Positions 61,577-63,989 of a stretch of 63,989 nt of DNA are shown here, in pieces; the first letter of the stretch is position 1; the number at the start of each line of letters is the position of its first letter. The stretch is from Negaprion brevirostris (lineage: Eukaryota): the NCBI GenBank assembly GCA_030324005.1, contig JARDVH010000121.1, positions 23,556,680 to 23,620,668 on the forward strand, written 5' to 3'. Under the pieces are notes generated by a model. The model was not told where the DNA came from, did no database searches, and saw only the letters and a program-made list of their open reading frames with translations. A program made the position numbers and the translations under genes.

Positions 61577-62384
61577 GGGTGCAATTTTATCATTGCGGAA
61601 AGTGGGGCATAAAGCTATTAGTGCGGGTTTTTGCGACTGGCATCATTTTACGAGCACTAGACTTCCAGCTCAGTCAGTCTCTCGCCAGAAATGGGCAACA
61701 GGCAGGTTAATGTATTTAAATTTATTCAAATGCCACTTAACGTGCTCAGTGAGCCTGGCATTCAATCGTCCATGAAAGGTTCTCACCGGTTTAGAATCGA
61801 CACACTCCGAATGAACCGGGAGCAGTCGACTTGGCCTCGCTGGTGGAACTGGAGGCTATTGAGGCCCCCTAATGAAGCCAAGGGAAAGGGGGTGCCCCTT
61901 GGGCAATGCCATCCTGGCACCTGGGCAATGCCCTCTGGGCAGTGTGAGAAGTGGCAGTGGGTGGAGCCCACTGGCACTTTGCCGCGATTAGTGGGGGAGG
62001 GAGGGAGAGGGGGGTCTACTGCCACTCTGCAGCAATCAGTCTGGGTGACCGGGGTGAGGGGTCAGCAGGGGCTGTATCTCAGGACACGCTTCAGCTGCTT
62101 CAGGCTGCCTGCTCTAGCAGAAGCCCGACAGCTCTCTCTTTTCAGACCCCTGCTACCGCTAATGCACATGTGCAGCATCATAGGCAATACCTCCCTCTGC
62201 AGGTTTTTGGGGTGTTAAGCCCTGTCCACAAGCTTCTGCAGTGAACAAACAACAGGCACGCTCAGAATTTTGCAGGCAGAGTGCGTATGGGGGAGACCGG
62301 AAAGCATGCCCAAAAGACGGATCTGAAACTCTCCCACTTTCAGGTCCACCCAGGACTTAGACAGAAAATGATAAAATTACCCCC
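61577..62384. mobile_element. 808-bp non-autonomous Harbinger-like DNA transposon
   Basis: 18-bp TIRs GGGTGCAATTTTATCATT and AATGATAAAATTACCCCC (16/18), with a 3-bp TSD AGA. It splits a Penelope-like short element (61512-62420). Confidence 0.8.
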
Positions 62385-62555
62385 AGAGTTAACATTGAGT
62401 CCATATGACTGTTCTTCAGCGAATCACTCATTATCCAATTGGATGACACTTGACTGTCAACCAAACAGCATTTATTTTCCAATTTTTATATTGAATAAAG
62501 AAAAACGTTCAAAGAGATTGAGAAAAATAAACTTCTTTTTAAAGTCCCAATAATT

Positions 62556-62846
62556 TGCGGCACAGTGGTTGGGACTACTGCCTCACAATGCCAGGGACCC
62601 GGGTTTGATTTCCAGCTTCAATCTTTGTCTGTGTAGTCTGCACATTCTCCCTGTATTTGCATGTGTTTCCTTTGGGTACTCTGGTTTCCTCCCATAGTCC
62701 AAAGATGTGCATGTTAAGTGGATTGGCTATTCTTGGTAAGTTCTCCCGCAGTGTAACTGAACAGGCGCCATAGTGTAACGACTCGGGGATTTTCACAGTA
62801 ACTTCATTGCAGCATTAATGTAAGCCTACTTATGACTAATAAATTT
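62556..62846 (+). mobile_element. HE1-type SINE with type-2 tail
   Basis: Head GGCACAGTGGTT...GGTTTGATTTCC, V-domain, and tail GGGGATTTTCACAGTAACTTCATTGCAGCATTAATGTAAGCCTAC. Confidence 0.9.
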
Positions 62847-63112
62847 AACTCTTTTCTCTGCAGGTGCAAACAGCAGCCTCTGCAGAAATTGATATTCAAT
62901 TCCCAGAGACACCAATTTTGTTGGCAACCCCACAAAATTCAATCCTCATCTAACACTGTGTTAGCCTGGCAAGTGCAGCCATCCTACAGCAGATGTATAT
63001 GCACTGTGACCAAGAATATGAACTTCCTCCAATTGTTTCCCTCCTTATTATTACACATGGCAATTGTAGCTAATGCAATTTTATGTGTTTTCTTCTCTGA
63101 TTGGATGAAAAT

Positions 63113-63220
63113 ATGATGTGGAGATGCCAGCGTTGGACTGGGGTAAACATAGTAAGAAGTCTCAAAACACCAGGTCAAAGTGCAACAAGTTTATTTGATA
63201 GTAAACCCACAAGCTTTTGG
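63113..63220 (-). mobile_element. Penelope terminal fragment
   Basis: ATGATGTGGAGATGCCAGCGTTGGACTGGGGTAAAC, as at 57289. Confidence 0.8.
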
Positions 63221-63645
63221 GTTCGTCAGGCAACTGGATGAAAATAGACATTGGAAAATTATACATACTGGTCCTAATTTCTTGCTCTCGCTCTGTCTAA
63301 TATCAGACCAAAGTGGAACTTGAAGGAGTGGAATCTTTGCGCAGGTGCCATTCTATACCAACTGCCTGCATCAGCTATTTTCTCACCATTCCCCTTCCCC
63401 CATCTCCCAACTGTTCACCCTTCACTCCCAAAACAGGTTCCCTGTCAAATGTGGGGAACACACTGGGACCTTCAACAACTGGCTGAGGTCATCAGTACGT
63501 CAGTCGGCAGGCCAGTTTGAAACCCTCCCGACTGACGATATAATCATGTTTTGAACAAAGTAGGAGATACCAGGCAAGGTCTCAAATCACCTAAAACTTC
63601 AAAGCAGGGTTGATGATGACTTTAGCTGTATTTCTAATTGAGTTT

Positions 63646-63945
63646 ACATAAAACATAGAACATAGCACACTACAGCACAAACAAGCCCTTTGGCCCACAA
63701 GTTGCGCTGATCACATCCCTACCTACTAGGCCTATCTATAACCCTCAAACCCATTAAATCCCATGCACGCATCCAGAAGTCTCTTAAAAGACCCCAACAA
63801 GTTCGCCTCCACCACCAACAACGGCAGCCGATTCCACTCACCCACCACCCTGAGTGAAACACTTACCCCTGACATCTCCTCTGTACATACTCCCCAGCAC
63901 CTTAAACCTGTGTCTTCTCGTAGCGATCATTTCAGCCCTGGGAAA
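63646..63945 (-). mobile_element. CR1 LINE 3' end
   Basis: AACATAG terminal repeats and GATTCCACTCACCCACCACCCTGAGTGAAA (reverse of F.QRVV..WN). Confidence 0.8.
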
Positions 63946-63989
63946 TAGCAATTCAAAAGTTCCAACACATCCTCTTTCTTAATGTCCAC

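Larger units (their letters stand above)
60904..62932 (+). mobile_element. Non-autonomous DNA element (TIRs TAGGGTTGCTAAC / GTTGGCAACCCCA) hosting four nested insertions
   Basis: Host pieces 60904-60965, 61430-61510, 62421-62555 and 62850-62932 align in order to the copy at 11760-12384. Confidence 0.7.

Noticed and set aside
61691-62218. 175-aa ORF
   Set aside because: It lies inside a GC-rich non-autonomous TIR element and has no transposase motif, so it is probably a chance ORF.
1-63989. CRISPR arrays, operons or other prokaryotic systems; endogenous viral genes
   Set aside because: The sequence is vertebrate genomic DNA. I saw no regularly spaced repeat-spacer array, and no env or other viral ORF.

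Overview
This is a repeat-dense, non-genic window from a cartilaginous fish, almost certainly a shark. It carries many HE1-type V-SINEs and typical elasmobranch CR1, Rex/Babar and Penelope repeats. The assembly is a gapped short-read draft with many 10-N and ~100-N gaps. I found no intact host gene, tRNA or rRNA; the ORF track consists of decayed transposon fragments and chance ORFs. Main contents: (i) a decayed full-length Mag-type Gypsy LTR retrotransposon (18191-24021) with both LTRs, a PPT and gag-PR-RT-RH-IN remnants; (ii) a gag-only LTR element with a perfect 5-bp TSD (3489-5088); (iii) several copies of a single-ORF CR1/Zenon-like LINE whose 5' end is a tRNA-like SINE head, plus SINEs made of that head joined to the LINE tail; (iv) CR1, L2, Rex/Babar and Vingi LINE fragments; (v) Penelope-like elements with inverted ends and minimal hammerhead ribozyme motifs; (vi) Harbinger-like and hAT-like MITEs, and a deeply nested insertion stack (60904-62932); (vii) a few repeat-free islands that look like candidate conserved non-coding elements. 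I cannot support a novel protein-coding system here. The most interesting signals are the Pol III-headed LINE with its SINE derivative, the hammerhead motifs, the HE1 tail swap and the gag-only LTR element. Family names come from motif recognition and recall, not database searches. Most boundaries are approximate.
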